DNA from: Lama glama
Taxonomy: Eukaryota
Assembly (NCBI GenBank): GCA_028534125.1
Contig: CM052816.1
Span: forward strand, 68,884,001 to 68,948,000
DNA: 64,000 bases
Reading direction: 5' to 3'
Shown here: positions 1-13,059 of the stretch, in pieces
Numbering within the stretch: position 1 is the first letter of the stretch
How the letters are laid out: the number at the start of each line of letters is the position of its first letter
Made by a program: the position numbers and the translations under genes
Notes under the pieces: model-generated
Told to the model about the DNA's origin: nothing
What the model saw: only the letters and a program-made list of their open reading frames with translations
The model's database searches: none

Positions 1-1027
1 AAATTCCGTATGATTAAAAATTATTTTAATAAAATTTATTTTATACTGAATTCCATTAGATTGATAAATTTTCATTATTCACAACCTACTTATCCTTTTA
101 AGATTCTTTTAGTTTATTCCTTCCTCTCCTAAGTTTCACTTCTAAACTTCTGGCCATTTCACAGAAAAAGAATGATAAAACTGAGCATTTGTAAATTTTG
201 CTACTTACTGACATACTAGTAAACTAGTGATACAGTTATAAAAAATTAAAAAGAGGGATTTTCTGTGAGCTTCCCGGCATGTTTTCTCTACCATTCTCAA
301 AAATGCAGACCCATTAGTCTGTATAAAATAAGTACATTGTCCTTCAACAGAAGTCTGCAGTGGACACCTGAGTTCCCACTTAGTCTTGTACAGTGTTTCC
401 CAGACTTGCCAAATCATCAGAATTTTCCTGGCAGTTATGAAAAATACAAAGTCCTAAGACCTACCCCAAGTGTACTGAATCTCCTCTATGGGAGAGGCAT
501 ATGGCTGTATTACTTTTTAATCTCCTTTAATTTGTAACACTTCCCCTCTACTACCATCCCCATTTTTAAATATAATTATTTTTAATAAACTGGGTTATTT
601 TTCTGGTAGAATTTCCCCCCTTTAGGATTTGGTTGGTTGCATCTTCATGCTTTGATTTAATGTATTTTTCCATTCTTTGTTTCCTGCAGACCTGGTAGTT
701 ATATCTAAAGACTTGATTAGAATCAGGTTTTTAGGAAAAGAATATTTTTTGGTTAGTACTATATTTTTCCCATTGTATCACACCAGTTTGCTTTTCCTGC
801 TTTTATCAATGTTAAGAATTGATCAGTGTGATTATATTTAACAAGTACCCCAGTTAATTCTCATAGGCAAGTTGGAGAGCTACTGGTCTAGTGCTACTAC
901 CCTGAAGCCTCACACTCAGTGTTTATTTGTGTAACTGAAAGTGAGTGAATAAACATTAAATTGTATTAATTTTCCTATACTGCTGGAAACTTAGATCAGG
1001 TCTTGGCATATTAAGAGATGTAGGCTT

Positions 1028-1113
1028 GGAGGAAGGGGAGTAGCTCAGTGGTATAGTGCATGCTTAGCATGCATGAGGTCCTGGGTTCAATCCCTAGTAC
1101 CACTATTAAAAAA
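1028..1113 (+). mobile_element. tRNA-derived SINE (camelid Vic-1-like)
   Basis: A-box TAGCTCAGTGG, B-box GGTTCAATCC, A tail, degenerate TSD AGAGATGT(A/G)GGCT on both sides. Confidence 0.85.
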
Positions 1114-2317
1114 GAGAGAGATGTGGGCTCTTTTCTTAGGGAACTTTGTATACTACAACTCAGCCTTAGAAAGAATTACATTATATATAGAGGACAGGTT
1201 GAACCTCAACTTCCAAACTAAGAAAAGTGAATTTTAAAATGATGTCAGTTTCTCTTTGCCATAAAAGAGAAAGCAGAACTTGCCCTCGGGTGAACTATAT
1301 ACTTTTGATTTAGGATGGAGGATGGAGTACATTAGTGTCCTCCCTTTTTGGACTTTATAGTAAGAAAAGAAATAACTTAAAGTTGCTCTTGTGCTTTCTT
1401 CTACTCTTCCTCAGACTAAAAATCATGGTTCTTTTTAGACCAGCCAGCAGGTGACCTCTCCATGCACCGCCCCCTTCCTTTTTTAAATGCCACTGTAGCC
1501 TCTAGGAACCTGAGTGTCAGGCCATGGGCCCATTTATCAGAATTCCCCATTGCAATCATTGAAATACAGAGCACAGAGCATTCTCTTATTGAAGTGTCTA
1601 GTATAAATACAGAATTTCAATCTTGGAGCCCTGATAATTACAGCACCTAGAGAGTGGTTATGAAGTTCTTAGAAAGTCGCAATATCAGAGCAACTGATAC
1701 TGCTAGCAGGAGTAGAAGCAGCTGTTAACAAAACTTCTTTAGCAAATAATGTAGCCTCTGTTGCTCTGTTTGTCAAATTAACTGGTATTTGATTCCTTTG
1801 TTGTGTAGAGGTCTGTCACTTTGCCACTGACATCTCTCCAAGAGCATTTCCCTGTTAAAATTTTTAGTTTCCTTTGGATTAAACATGGAGAAACTGATAA
1901 CAGTTCCTTATTCCTTGCCCATATTGTTGGAATCCTGACAAATTCTGAAGTACATGGAAGAATCAAAAAGCCTTTAGTATATCTGAGCCAGGTGAAAAAG
2001 TTAGGAAACTTCCTGTCTTAAAAGAGTTTTTATAAAGGACTAACAGTTATATCACATGATCTCTTCAGGCCTTTGCCTGCTTTTTGTCAAAGTAGGTGTG
2101 GTATAGCTATACTGATAATTAAAATAATACTTGTAGGACAACAAATTATATTATGGAGGCATCTCTAGTTTTATAGTGAATATTGCTGATGTTAATTCTG
2201 TATTCTAATTTTAAAGAATCATTTAATGAAGTATACCTGTTGTTTACATGTGTATACATTGGAAAATTAGTCAACAATGAATTTATGCATGGTTTTTTTT
2301 CTTCTTCTTCCATCCAG

Positions 2318-2373
2318 ATGATAAGATTCTACAGATCATTACAGAATTGATAAAAACAGAGAATAATAATTGA
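2318..2373 (+). CDS. DHX29: DHX29 (DExH-box helicase 29), last coding exon; upstream exons lie before the window
   Basis: Polypyrimidine tract plus CAG acceptor ending at 2317. Reads (N)DKILQIITELIKTENNN-TGA, matching the recalled DHX29 C-terminus. Synteny upstream of CCNO agrees. Confidence 0.93.
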
Positions 2374-2590
2374 AACTGAAATTTCATGGTCAACTGCTTT
2401 AAAAACTAAGAGGAAGACAGGTGTCATGAAATTATGTGAAAATGGACTATCCCATTAAGTATTTCAGTACTTAAAATGTTGGTACTAGCCATAAATTAAA
2501 GGTGGTGGAAAAAAGCACACACTTTAAACGTGTAATTTTCTAATTTCTTTTTAATGATGGTCTTCTCAATGTATTTGCCACTACATTTAC

Positions 2591-2596
2591 AATAAA
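2591..2596 (+). terminator. DHX29: DHX29 polyadenylation signal
   Basis: AATAAA about 220 nt after the stop, followed by GT-rich sequence. Confidence 0.75.
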
Positions 2597-3289
2597 TTCT
2601 TTGGTATCATCCATGTAGTATACATTATGTGCCTTACGGGCAAGGCCTGTGTCTGTAAGTGTTGTGATTCCCTGTGTACCCACCTCATCCTCAGTCCCTT
2701 ATGTCTGGAGAGTTTAGACCTTCTTGACCCAGAGGAGAAAATGACCTCCAAAACCACTTGTAATTAAATTTCTAGGAAAAGGAACAACTTCAGGAGTCAG
2801 TTATTTAATATTTGATACCCAAAGTCAAAATCTAAATAAGGTAGCACACTATTAATAGATGCCACCTATTTCAGTAACATACACTAAGCACAAAGAAATA
2901 GTACTGGAGGATAGGCAGGAACAGCTAATGCTGCTGTCAACCCTGGAATGAAAAGCTTGCCCATTTTCCTCAGTCATAAACTTTGATGTCACTGCTTTTG
3001 AACCCTTTTTGTACCCATAATTGAATTGGTAAGGTTGGTAACCTTGAGACGGTAAAGCATGCTTAGATTTTTCAGTGGTTTCATTTGTTTCACTTACTGA
3101 GGATCTTTGAAACTCCATTCTGATTATGTAGAGAAATTTTCCTTCATTTCCTATCAGGATTGTTGAGGAAATTCAAATATAGTTTTGTGTACACCAAATG
3201 GCAGGAATTGTATCTGAAGGATAAAAAATGAGAATTGAGTAGGAATGTAGTCCAATTGCTTGACTCTCATAGTAGGTACTCCGTGAATG

Positions 3290-3642
3290 TAGTTGACCTT
3301 GAACAACACAGGGCTTAGGGGTGTCGATCTTCCACGCAGTTAAAAATATGTGTATAAATCTTGATACCTCCAGAACTGAACTACTAATAGCCTACTGTTG
3401 GCCAGGAGCCTTACTGATAACATAAACAGCTGATTAACACGTATTTTGTATGTTTTATATATTCCTAACATATATTTTATACATTCATGACACTTTTTTT
3501 TTTTGCTATTGCCAGGCTACATGGTTCATCTGAGTTTTAAGTTGTTGCAAATCTTCAAAAAATTTTCCAACATATTTAAGGAAAAAAACTTCTGTGTAAG
3601 TGGACCCATAAAGTTCAAACTTGTGTTGCCCAAGGGTTAACT
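3290..3642 (-). mobile_element. Tigger2-family (MER8/MER28-like) non-autonomous DNA transposon
   Basis: Terminal inverted repeats AGTTGACCTTGAACAACACA ... TGTGTTGCCCAAGGGTTAACT; internal CTACTAATAGCCTACTGTTG resembles the recalled Tigger2 end. Confidence 0.75.
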
Positions 3643-3944
3643 TTATTTGTCAATGAATCAATAAAAGTAGCTGTAACTTTCACTTTATGTGCAGATGAAA
3701 AGTGAAAATAATATTTAGTAGCAATCTCTAATTTTAGGTTTCTACTTGCAGTGTGATCAGGGAATTGACAGCAGGGAATCAAATGTGACTGCATTTTGGA
3801 ATCTCTACCTAGTGCCATTAATAGAAATGGAAATGTTAAGTGAAAGAGCTAGATTGGGTGCTGGAGGCAGTTCAGCTTGTGACAATGACTGAGAAGTTGT
3901 GGAGTTCTGCTGTGTGTGCAAGCCAGGGCCCAAATGTTTTTTTG

Positions 3945-4100
3945 TGTACTGATTCATTTAATCTTCACAGTAACCCTATGGGTAGCTAATGCATTATCCC
4001 CATTTTACAGATGAGGAAATTTAGGCACAAGAAAGTGAAATAACTGGTCCAAGATACACTGATAGTAAGTGGCAGGAGCTTATGGCTCTGGAACCATTTA
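3945..4100 (-). mobile_element. MIR SINE fragment
   Basis: MIR core ATTATCCCCATTTTACAGATGAGGAAA. Confidence 0.75.
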
Positions 4101-4212
4101 AATTTCTGAAATATAACCATTCCTCTAAAACTGAAACAGGGGCTCACATCGGGATTAGGGTCATAGGGTTAGAGTCTTTCACACAGAGGTGATACTTTAA
4201 AGATGTGGGAGC

Positions 4213-4712
4213 NNNNNNNNNNNNNNNNNNNNNNNNNNNNNNNNNNNNNNNNNNNNNNNNNNNNNNNNNNNNNNNNNNNNNNNNNNNNNNNNNNNNNNNN
4301 NNNNNNNNNNNNNNNNNNNNNNNNNNNNNNNNNNNNNNNNNNNNNNNNNNNNNNNNNNNNNNNNNNNNNNNNNNNNNNNNNNNNNNNNNNNNNNNNNNNN
4401 NNNNNNNNNNNNNNNNNNNNNNNNNNNNNNNNNNNNNNNNNNNNNNNNNNNNNNNNNNNNNNNNNNNNNNNNNNNNNNNNNNNNNNNNNNNNNNNNNNNN
4501 NNNNNNNNNNNNNNNNNNNNNNNNNNNNNNNNNNNNNNNNNNNNNNNNNNNNNNNNNNNNNNNNNNNNNNNNNNNNNNNNNNNNNNNNNNNNNNNNNNNN
4601 NNNNNNNNNNNNNNNNNNNNNNNNNNNNNNNNNNNNNNNNNNNNNNNNNNNNNNNNNNNNNNNNNNNNNNNNNNNNNNNNNNNNNNNNNNNNNNNNNNNN
4701 NNNNNNNNNNNN
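4213..4712. other. Assembly gap (500 N)
   Basis: Exactly 500 N. Confidence 0.99.
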
Positions 4713-5719
4713 AGTGAAGATGGTATGAGCATTGGAGGGAACCTAACAAAGGACTAAAGAATATAGGAAACAATTTGGAAAGGCTTTTTGGCTTTCCCCA
4801 CCTAGCAAAGCTTAGTGGCTTAAAGAGATAAGCAGCTCAAGTTGACACTGGGCTTTTCTGCATTCAACTGACCATGGGACCTTAGAATGAAAGAGACTGT
4901 CTCATTGAAATGGTTGACCACAATGCTTACATACAGGCAAATGGGACCAGAACATAGGCCATGGAGAAAACGGAGAGGCTGAGGGACTAGAGGTCAGGAT
5001 TAATCCAAATTCACTGTAAGTGAAAGGGAAGGAAGCTAATTAAGGAAGAATTTCATAATTTTAAGTATGAGATGAAACTGTTCCAATAACAAATAAACCC
5101 AAAGGGTCTCCCTGCTGGTGGGGAGAAAAATGGAGGAAAGAAGCCCTGAAAGTAGGTCCAGAAACAGGATAGCCAACATGTTGGTTTATCTGTGTGGATG
5201 CAGGAAAAGGATAAAGAAGACCAGGCCAGGTGCTACAGTTATTGCGGAAAGTGGGAAGATGCCCTGGAGCTTAATACAGAGTGGCAAAAAAAACCCAAAA
5301 TATAAATATAAAGAGAATGTGATATGAGAAAATGCATGCTCTTCAGGTAAGGGGCTGTTGAATCGTGGTGGGATGCAGGAATAGGCCCACCTCTTCTCAC
5401 TAAATCAGTCTTACCCACAAGACATTTAAAAGTAGAAGGAACAGTGTTTATTGGAGAGAATTAGCCAAAAGGAAATATTATCAAGGGAAAATAGATTTCC
5501 ATTAAAATTTTAAAAAATGTTATGAGCAAACTAGGAAGCATTATGTGATAAGTACTGAACTAAGAGCTTTATTATATTCTTGTGTTTAGTACTCACAGCA
5601 ATCCTGAAGGGAGATGGGTAATGTATTTCCAGTTTACACATTAGGAAATTGACAATTAGCAGCTAAATTTCAGAGCTCACTCAGCTAATGAGGAAAAATG
5701 AAAAGACTATTCAAAAATA

Positions 5720-7190
5720 ATCTGAGCAGTATACTGGTGTAAGGATCTATGTCTAGACATGTAAAGGTGTAAGGATTCCATATCTATGGAATAGAATTGA
5801 GAGTTCAGAAATAAAACCATTTGTTAACAGATGATACAAACTACTATACATAAAATAGGCAAGTAACAAGGATTTGCTGTATAGCACAGGGAACTATATT
5901 CAGTATCTTGTAATAACCTATAATGGAAAATAATCTGAAATATATATATATATAACACTGAATCACTTTGCTGTGTACCTGAAACTAACACAATATTGTT
6001 TATCAACTATATTTCAATTAAGAAAGAAGAGGGGGAGAGAGAGAGGGAGGGGAGGGAAGGGAAGGGAAGGGACCCAGCTATCTATAGACAGCTGATTTTC
6101 AACAAGTGTGCCAAGACTGTTCAATGGGGAAAGAACAGTCTTAACAAATGCTGCTGGGACAACTGGATAACCACATGCAAAAGAATGAATTTGGACCCTT
6201 ACTTCACACCATATACAACAATTAACTAAAAGTGGATCATTAAATGTAAAAGCTAAAAACACTTGTCACTTAAAGGACACCATCAAGAAAGTATTTACCC
6301 ACGAAATGGAAGAAAATATTTGCAAATCATGTCTCTGATAAGGACCTTGTATTTAGAATATTTGAAGAATTCTTATACGTCAATAATAAAAAAGACAACC
6401 CAATTAAAAAATGAGCAAACTAGGAATAGAAAGAAATTACCTCAACATAATAAAGGCCATATATTAAAATCCCACAACTAACATTATACTCAGTGGTGAA
6501 AAACTGAAAGCTTTTACTATAAGATTAGGAACAGGCAAAAATGCCCACCACACTCACTTCTATTCAACACAGTACTAGAAGTACTAGGCAGAGCAATCTA
6601 ACTAACTAACTAACTAACTAGTCATCCAAATCAGAAAGAAAGAAGTAAAATTATCTCTGCTTGAAGATGATATGATCTCATATGTAGAAAACACACAAAC
6701 TGTTAGAACTAATAAGCAAGTTCAGTAAGTCAAAGGATATAAAACCAACATATAAAAATCAGATGCATTTCTATACCTTAACAATGGACAAACCAAAAAA
6801 GAAATTGAAAAAACAATCCCATTTACAATGGCATCAAAGAGAACAAAATATTGAGGAATAAATTTAACCAAGGAGGCAAAACACTGACAACTACAAAACA
6901 CTGACAACTACAAAACATTGCTGAAAGAAATTAAAGATGATAGACACAAGCATGGGGAGACATTCATGATCATGGATTGGAAGACTTAATTTTGTTAAAA
7001 TATCTGTAGTTCACAAAGCAATCTACAGATTCAATGTAATCACTATTAAAGTCCCAATGATAATTTTTTACAGAAAAAAAAACTCTAAACTTTATACAGA
7101 ACAACAAATAATTCCAAATAGCCAAAACAATCTTGAGGAAAAAAAAAAAAGCCAAAGGCCTCTCACACTTCCTAATTTCAAAATATTACA
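5720..7190 (+). mobile_element. Old LINE-1 ORF2 fragments with a nested L1 3'-UTR fragment (about 5823-6025)
   Basis: ORF2-like peptide YRQLIFNKCAKTVQWGKNSLNKCCWDNWITTCKRMNLDPY and a degenerate RT region; the nested piece carries the L1 3'-UTR motif CTGTATAGCACAGGGAACTATATTCA. Confidence 0.85.
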
Positions 7191-7199
7191 AAGCTTGCT

Positions 7200-7785
7200 T
7201 GCTAGCTAGCTTTCTTATAATTACAGAAACTGTGTATCAGCCTATTAGGTAAGTGGGGTTTTTTAAAGCAACAATGTTTGCAATACTGTATTGTGACTAT
7301 GGCTGTAATTCTGTATGACATAAAAATTTCATAATAATTCATTCATTAATGCATAGGCTAGGCCACAGTGAAGCCATTGTATCAATTAGACTAGGCTGCC
7401 ATAAAACAATACCTGTAAATAAATATAAATTTCCTTTCACATTATCTTTTCATTTCTGAAGTCTAGTGTTAGTAATATGTATAACACCTACAGTGTTTTG
7501 TATCATATAAGACAATAGTGATGAAGGTATTGACAAATCATCTTGTAAACAGGTGGCATAAACTTATGGTATTGATGAACACAGTACTGTACTATAAATG
7601 TATTTTCTCTTCCTTATGATTTTCTTAATAACATCTTCTGTTCTCTAGCTTATTTTATTGTAAGAATACACTATATAATACACACATAAAATATGTGTTA
7701 ATTAACTGCTTATGTTATCAGTAAGGCTTCCAGTCAACAGTAGGCTATTAGTAAAGTTTGGGGGAGTCAAAACTTATATGTGGAC
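7200..7785 (+). mobile_element. Tigger2-family DNA transposon fragment (3' part)
   Basis: GTAAGGCTTCCAGTCAACAGTAGGCTATTAGTA is a reverse-complement homologue of the element at 3290-3642. Confidence 0.7.
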
Positions 7786-9770
7786 TAAATTCTGGAACAA
7801 GACAAGGATGCCCATTCTCACCACTTCTATTCAACATAATATTGGAAGTCCTAGCCACAGCAACCAGACAAGGAAAAGAAATAAAAGGTATCCAAAATGG
7901 AAGGAAAGAAGTAAAACTGTCATTATATGCAGATGATATGATACTCTATGTAGAAAATTTTAAAGATTCTACACAAAAACTATTAGACTAAATGAATTCA
8001 GTAAGGTAACGGGATATAAGATTAATATACATAAATCTGTTGCATTTCTTTACACTAACAATGAAATATCAGAAAGTAACGAAAAAAGAAATCCTGTTTA
8101 AAATCACACACACAAAAATAATACCTAGAATAAACCTAACCAAAGAGGTGAAAGACCTATACGTTGAGAACTATAAAATGTTGATGAAGGAAATTAAAGA
8201 TGATTCAAAGAAATGGAAAGACATCCCATGCTCTTGGACTGGAAAAATTAATACTGTTAAAATGGCCATACTACACAAAGCAATCTACAGATTTAATGCA
8301 ATCTCTATCAAATTACCCATGACACTTTTCACAGAACTAGAACAAATAATCCTAAAATTTATATGGAACCACAAAAGACCCAGAACTGCCAAAGCAATCC
8401 TGAGGAAAAAGAACAAAGCTGGTGGCATAACCCTCTCAGACTCCACAAAATATTACAAAGCTACAGTAATCAAAACAGCATGGTACTGGCACAAAGACAG
8501 ACACAAATAGATCAATGGGACAGACTAGAGAGCCCAGAAATAAACCCACACCTACAGTCAATCTTCGACAAAGGAGTCAAGAATATACAACGGAGAAAAG
8601 ACAGTCTCCAGCAAGTGGCACCAGGAAAACTGGACAGCTTCATGTAAAAGAATGAAATTAGAACATTCTCTAACACCACACACACACACAAACCTGAAAA
8701 TGGTAAATAAACAAACAAACCTAATTACCCCCCAAAAAAACTCAAAATGGATTAAAGACCTAAATGTAAGACCAGATACCATAAAACTCCTAGAAGAAAA
8801 TATAGGCAGAACACTCCTTAACATAAATCATAGCAATATTTTCTTAGATCAGTCTCCCAAGGCAAAAGAAATAAATGCAAAAATAAATAAATGGGACCTA
8901 ATTGACCGTAAAAGCATTTGTATAGCAAAGGAAACCATAAACAAAATAAAAAGACAGCCTATGGACTGGGAGAAAATATTTGCAAATAATGCAACCAACA
9001 AAGCTTTAATTTCCACTGCCAATTTTTTGCTGGAGGAGGAAGGCCTCTCAATTAGGGGAAGAGCCAGGTGCAGTTCCCCTTCTCAGAATTTGTAGCTGAG
9101 AAGGTTTCTTCTTGTAACAAGACTTAGAAGGAGAAGGCTTGGGGCTTTCTGCCCTAACTTCTTCCATTATCTCAGTGTTATAGAACCCCTGCTTTTTCTT
9201 GGGAAGGGGGAGTTCCCCTTGTGAGCCAGAGGAAGGGGTAGGTCAGGACCCTCCTTTCTGTTTTTATCTAATAAAATGCTAATCTGCAAAAAAAAAAGAA
9301 GAAAAGCTTTAATTTCCAAAACATACAAACAGCTTATACAACTCAATATCAAAAAAACCAAACAATTCAATAAAAAAAATGGGCCAAAGACCTAACTATA
9401 CATTTCTCCAAAGAAGACATACAGATGGCCAACAGGCACATGGAAAGATGTTCAACACCACCAATTATTAGAAAAGTACAAATCAAAACTACAATGAGGT
9501 ATTACTTCACACCAGTCAGAATGGCTATCATCAAAAAGACTACAAATCATAAATGCTGGAGAGAACGTGAAGAAAAGAGATCCCTCCTACACTGTAGGTG
9601 GGAATGTAAATTGGTGCAGCCACTATGTAAAACAGTATGGAGGTTCCTTAAAAAACTAAAAATAGAGGTACCATATGATCCAGCAATCCCACTCCTGGGC
9701 ATACATCCAGAAAAGATGAAAACTCTAATTAAAAAAAATACACACACCTCAATATTCATAGCTGCACTAG
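7786..9770 (+). mobile_element. LINE-1 ORF2 remnant (RT to C-terminal Cys-rich region), frameshifted and interrupted by a retrocopy at 9016-9302
   Basis: [15 protein letters not shown]...[11 protein letters not shown] motifs; [24 protein letters not shown] and [14 protein letters not shown] fall in different frames. Confidence 0.95.
9016..9302 (+). pseudogene. 5'-truncated retrocopy (processed 3'-end fragment) of an unidentified transcript
   Basis: Non-L1 sequence ending in AATAAA (9270-9275), 12 nt, then an A tail from 9288. Flanked by an identical 16-bp TSD AAAGCTTTAATTTCCA (9000-9015, 9303-9318). Confidence 0.8.
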
Positions 9771-12269
9771 GAGAGCAAACTATATATATGAAGAGCCTAA
9801 CTTTGTTAATAAAAAGGATATACAGAAACATGTATAATGTGTGTATGTGTTTAGATATACACACAGGTAACTGAAAGAATATACACTAAAACATCAGTGT
9901 TTTCTGTAATAAAACCGTAATATTAAAATTCTCCATTCATTATGAGATTTTTCTTATTTTATTGCAATAAACAGGCATTACTTTCCTAATCAGGAATATA
10001 CAATAAGTGTGTAATTCATGAAAAAGTACGAGGCCTGGCTCAGGGCAGACACTCAATGAACACTGGCAGATGAACTGAAAAGTACTCCTACAGTGAGTCT
10101 CTGACTGCCATACTAGAGGAGGGGGTGCATGCTACTGTCACAGCTCTTCCTGGAATGCCTAGATATTTTAGAGTGATTGTGTATCTCCAAAATAAGTCAG
10201 GCACATTCTCTAAACATGTTACTTTGGTGAAAATATTTTTCACAGTTCTAAGTTAAACTTGGATTGCACACATTACCAAAAATACAATCTCCAATTGGTG
10301 TCTGAGTTATAAATTGATGTTATCATATAAAATACAGGCGAGCACAATGTCTGGAATAAAACAGATGCTCCACAAATGGTTCACATGTACATTTCTCCAA
10401 GCCAAGGCAGAAACAGCAGACATAACCAACAAGCAGAAATGTGGGTTATCATGCTGAGGGAAACTGAAAATTTGTCAGTCTTTCCAAAAGTAGTAGGAAA
10501 CATTGCTCCTGAAGGATACAACTTTAACACAGACTTGCCACACGGGGAGAAAATCCAGCCACTCCATCCATTCATTTCAAATCCGCATAGTTGAACACAC
10601 TCAGAGATTGGCTGGTGCCTCCCAACAGCGCAGCCTAACCGGCCACATGCTGAGTGCCTTTTTAACTGCAGGTCCTTGGTGTCTCCTCTCATAAATTCTA
10701 AGAAACTTATGACTAGGTGGCCCTCACCAGCTGCTCTGTTTTGATCTGCACCCAGTGATTTGACATCCGAGTAGGCACATTACATGTTGCGCCCTTCAGC
10801 CTTCCCCTTCATTGGTTTTCAACAGGACCAGCTTTGCTTTATATTTGGGACAGGGAGCCGTTTCACCATTGCTGCCCTCTTCATTTTTTGTGTAGTAGAG
10901 AAAGAAGATATGATAGATCCCTCCTATCTAATAGAGAAGCCTGAGGTTATGTTAACATAGGCCGTCCCACTGGGCAGAAGACCTTTCTGCAAGCTGGACC
11001 TTCATCATTTAAAATAACAACAACAATCAATCAACACAAAGATGTACTAGCTTTATCTTGCACTTGATTGGGAAGAATCCACTGTATACAATAAGCCTAC
11101 TTCACACTCTCACTCTTTCGCAGTTCACCTCAACATAACTACTTGGGGATAATTTAAATATCATTACCTAAACATTTGCAGGACTCCTCCCACACCCCCC
11201 AACACCTGCCAAGATGTTGCTCCCCAACAATAACATAGCAATTTTAGCAACATTGTGACACATCTCACTTAGGGACTGGATTTGCACAACTCGAAAATAT
11301 TCTGACCTTAGCAACACATGAGGTGAGAATTCTCTTCAAAGAGGCATTCTTGACCAACAAATTTAAAGTAGCCACCCATCACACTCGAGGCCAGAACACT
11401 TTTAAATCTCTGCACAGACCTTGCTATGGTCTGAAGTCGTTTATATACTGTTTTACTCTCAGCCTGCTCTCTCTTGGCTCTATATGACCCTGTGTGTCTC
11501 AACACTGTTGCAAATCTACAGCAGTGCCCAATCCTTGGTGGGTTCTCACTAAATAACGGGTTGTGGGCAAGCAGAGACAGGCAAGTACAGTGTCTAGGTA
11601 AAGTTATATTCTAGTAATATGACAACTTTTTGAAAGCTTTCTTTAGTGACGTGTCTTCCATCTGCTGCTTCATGTGATACATTGTTTGCACCAGGAAGGG
11701 AAGGTGGAAAGAAAGGTGCACTTTTAAACAGGCAATTAGCCTCGGCTATAGAACAAAGGCACCAGCTACCCTCACTCCTCAGGCCAGCTGCTTTCTGAGA
11801 CCTCTTACTCCCAGTAAGGATGCAAGGGATCAGAACTTGCACTCTCCAGATGATTCAGTACCCGTGCATTTTTTTAAGAAGCTAAGTGAACTGTCACCTC
11901 CTTATGTGATCACCTCCTAAGAGGTGGCTGATTCACAGAAATTAGACACAGTCTGTGCACATCACACTCCAAATGAAGCTGGCATCATTTCCTTTTGCTT
12001 CAAAGCCTTGCCTTCTTTCCCACACTCAGTTCTAGCTCAGCTTGTACCTCCTGTCACATATCTGGGCAAGACAATTCTGCCTGCCCTGCTGAATCACACC
12101 GCAGGGCCTCCAAGGTTTATCACGAGAAAGTGCAACTAGCTCTGACCATGTGGGCTCCTCCTTCTTCTGGCGGCTCTATCCCCTCAGCTAGGCCCTCCTT
12201 TAACACAGTGGCCCAAGGGTGCACTGAAAGCCTTCCCTTAGTTCTCCCTTAGCATTTAATCAATACAGA

Positions 12270-12470
12270 ACAGCACTGGGATGAATGTTCAGACTAGAAT
12301 CAGAGATTTTGAGTTTTAAGTCCTGGTATTCCATTTACTAGCTGTGAATCTTCAAGCAAGTTCCTTAACCTCTCTAAAGATTCCCTTGTCTGCAAAATGG
12401 GGACAATAGCTGTACCTATCTTATATGGTTGAGCTGATGATTAAATGCCACAACAAATAAAAATGCAAAC
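12270..12470 (+). mobile_element. MIR SINE fragment
   Basis: GCAAGTTCCTTAACCTCTCT...TCTGCAAAATGGGGACAATAG core. Confidence 0.65.
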
Positions 12471-12514
12471 TAAGAAAGCATAAGAACTCAAGAATGCTAA
12501 CAATAACAAGGTCA

Positions 12515-12905
12515 TACAGGATCTGGCCCCATTACCTTTTGACCTCATCTGCTACTCCTCTGGCTCCTACTCCAGCTACACAGGGTTCCTTACTGTTCCT
12601 TCTCATGCTAGGCCTGCTCATGCCTCAGGGCCTTTGCACCACTATTTCCTCTGGCTAGGATGCTTTTCCCCTAGATGCCCACATGGCCAACTCCTTCACT
12701 TCCTAAAGATCTCTGCTCAAAACTTCCCAGTGACCTTTATCTGACCAATTTATTTAATCCTGCAACCTGCCTGCTGGCACTCTCAATGCCCCAGTCCCTG
12801 TACTGTTTGTCTCTCCCTGCACTGTCACCCCATATAAGCTCCATGAAGGCAGGAATGTTTGTCGATTTTGTTCGCTGATATAATCCAAGTTCCAAAACAA
12901 AAGTC
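12515..12905 (+). mobile_element. L2 LINE 3' fragment
   Basis: GCCTCAGGGCCTTTGCAC...TAAGCTCCATGAAGGCAGG, typical of the L2 3' end. Confidence 0.65.
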
Positions 12906-13059
12906 TCACATATGCAGCAACACGACTTTCCTCCCAGAGTACTCAGGCCCTGTTTTATTTTATCCACTCTTTTCCAAAACCCACATATGAGAGCTATCAC
13001 CTCTCTTCAGGCCTTGCTGAGTGCCCTGCATTCTAACTTTCAGCCTATCTGAATATGGA

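Noticed and set aside
1028..1113. tRNA gene
   Set aside because: A and B boxes are present, but it has an A tail, a TSD and diverged dispersed copies, so it is a SINE.
4144..4773. Long ORFs made mostly of X (also at about 27962-28803, 46046-46720 and 62123-63050)
   Set aside because: Artifacts of translating 500-N gaps.
7758..9874. Functional reverse transcriptase gene
   Set aside because: L1 ORF2 broken by stops, frameshifts and insertions, with no ORF1 or endonuclease domain.
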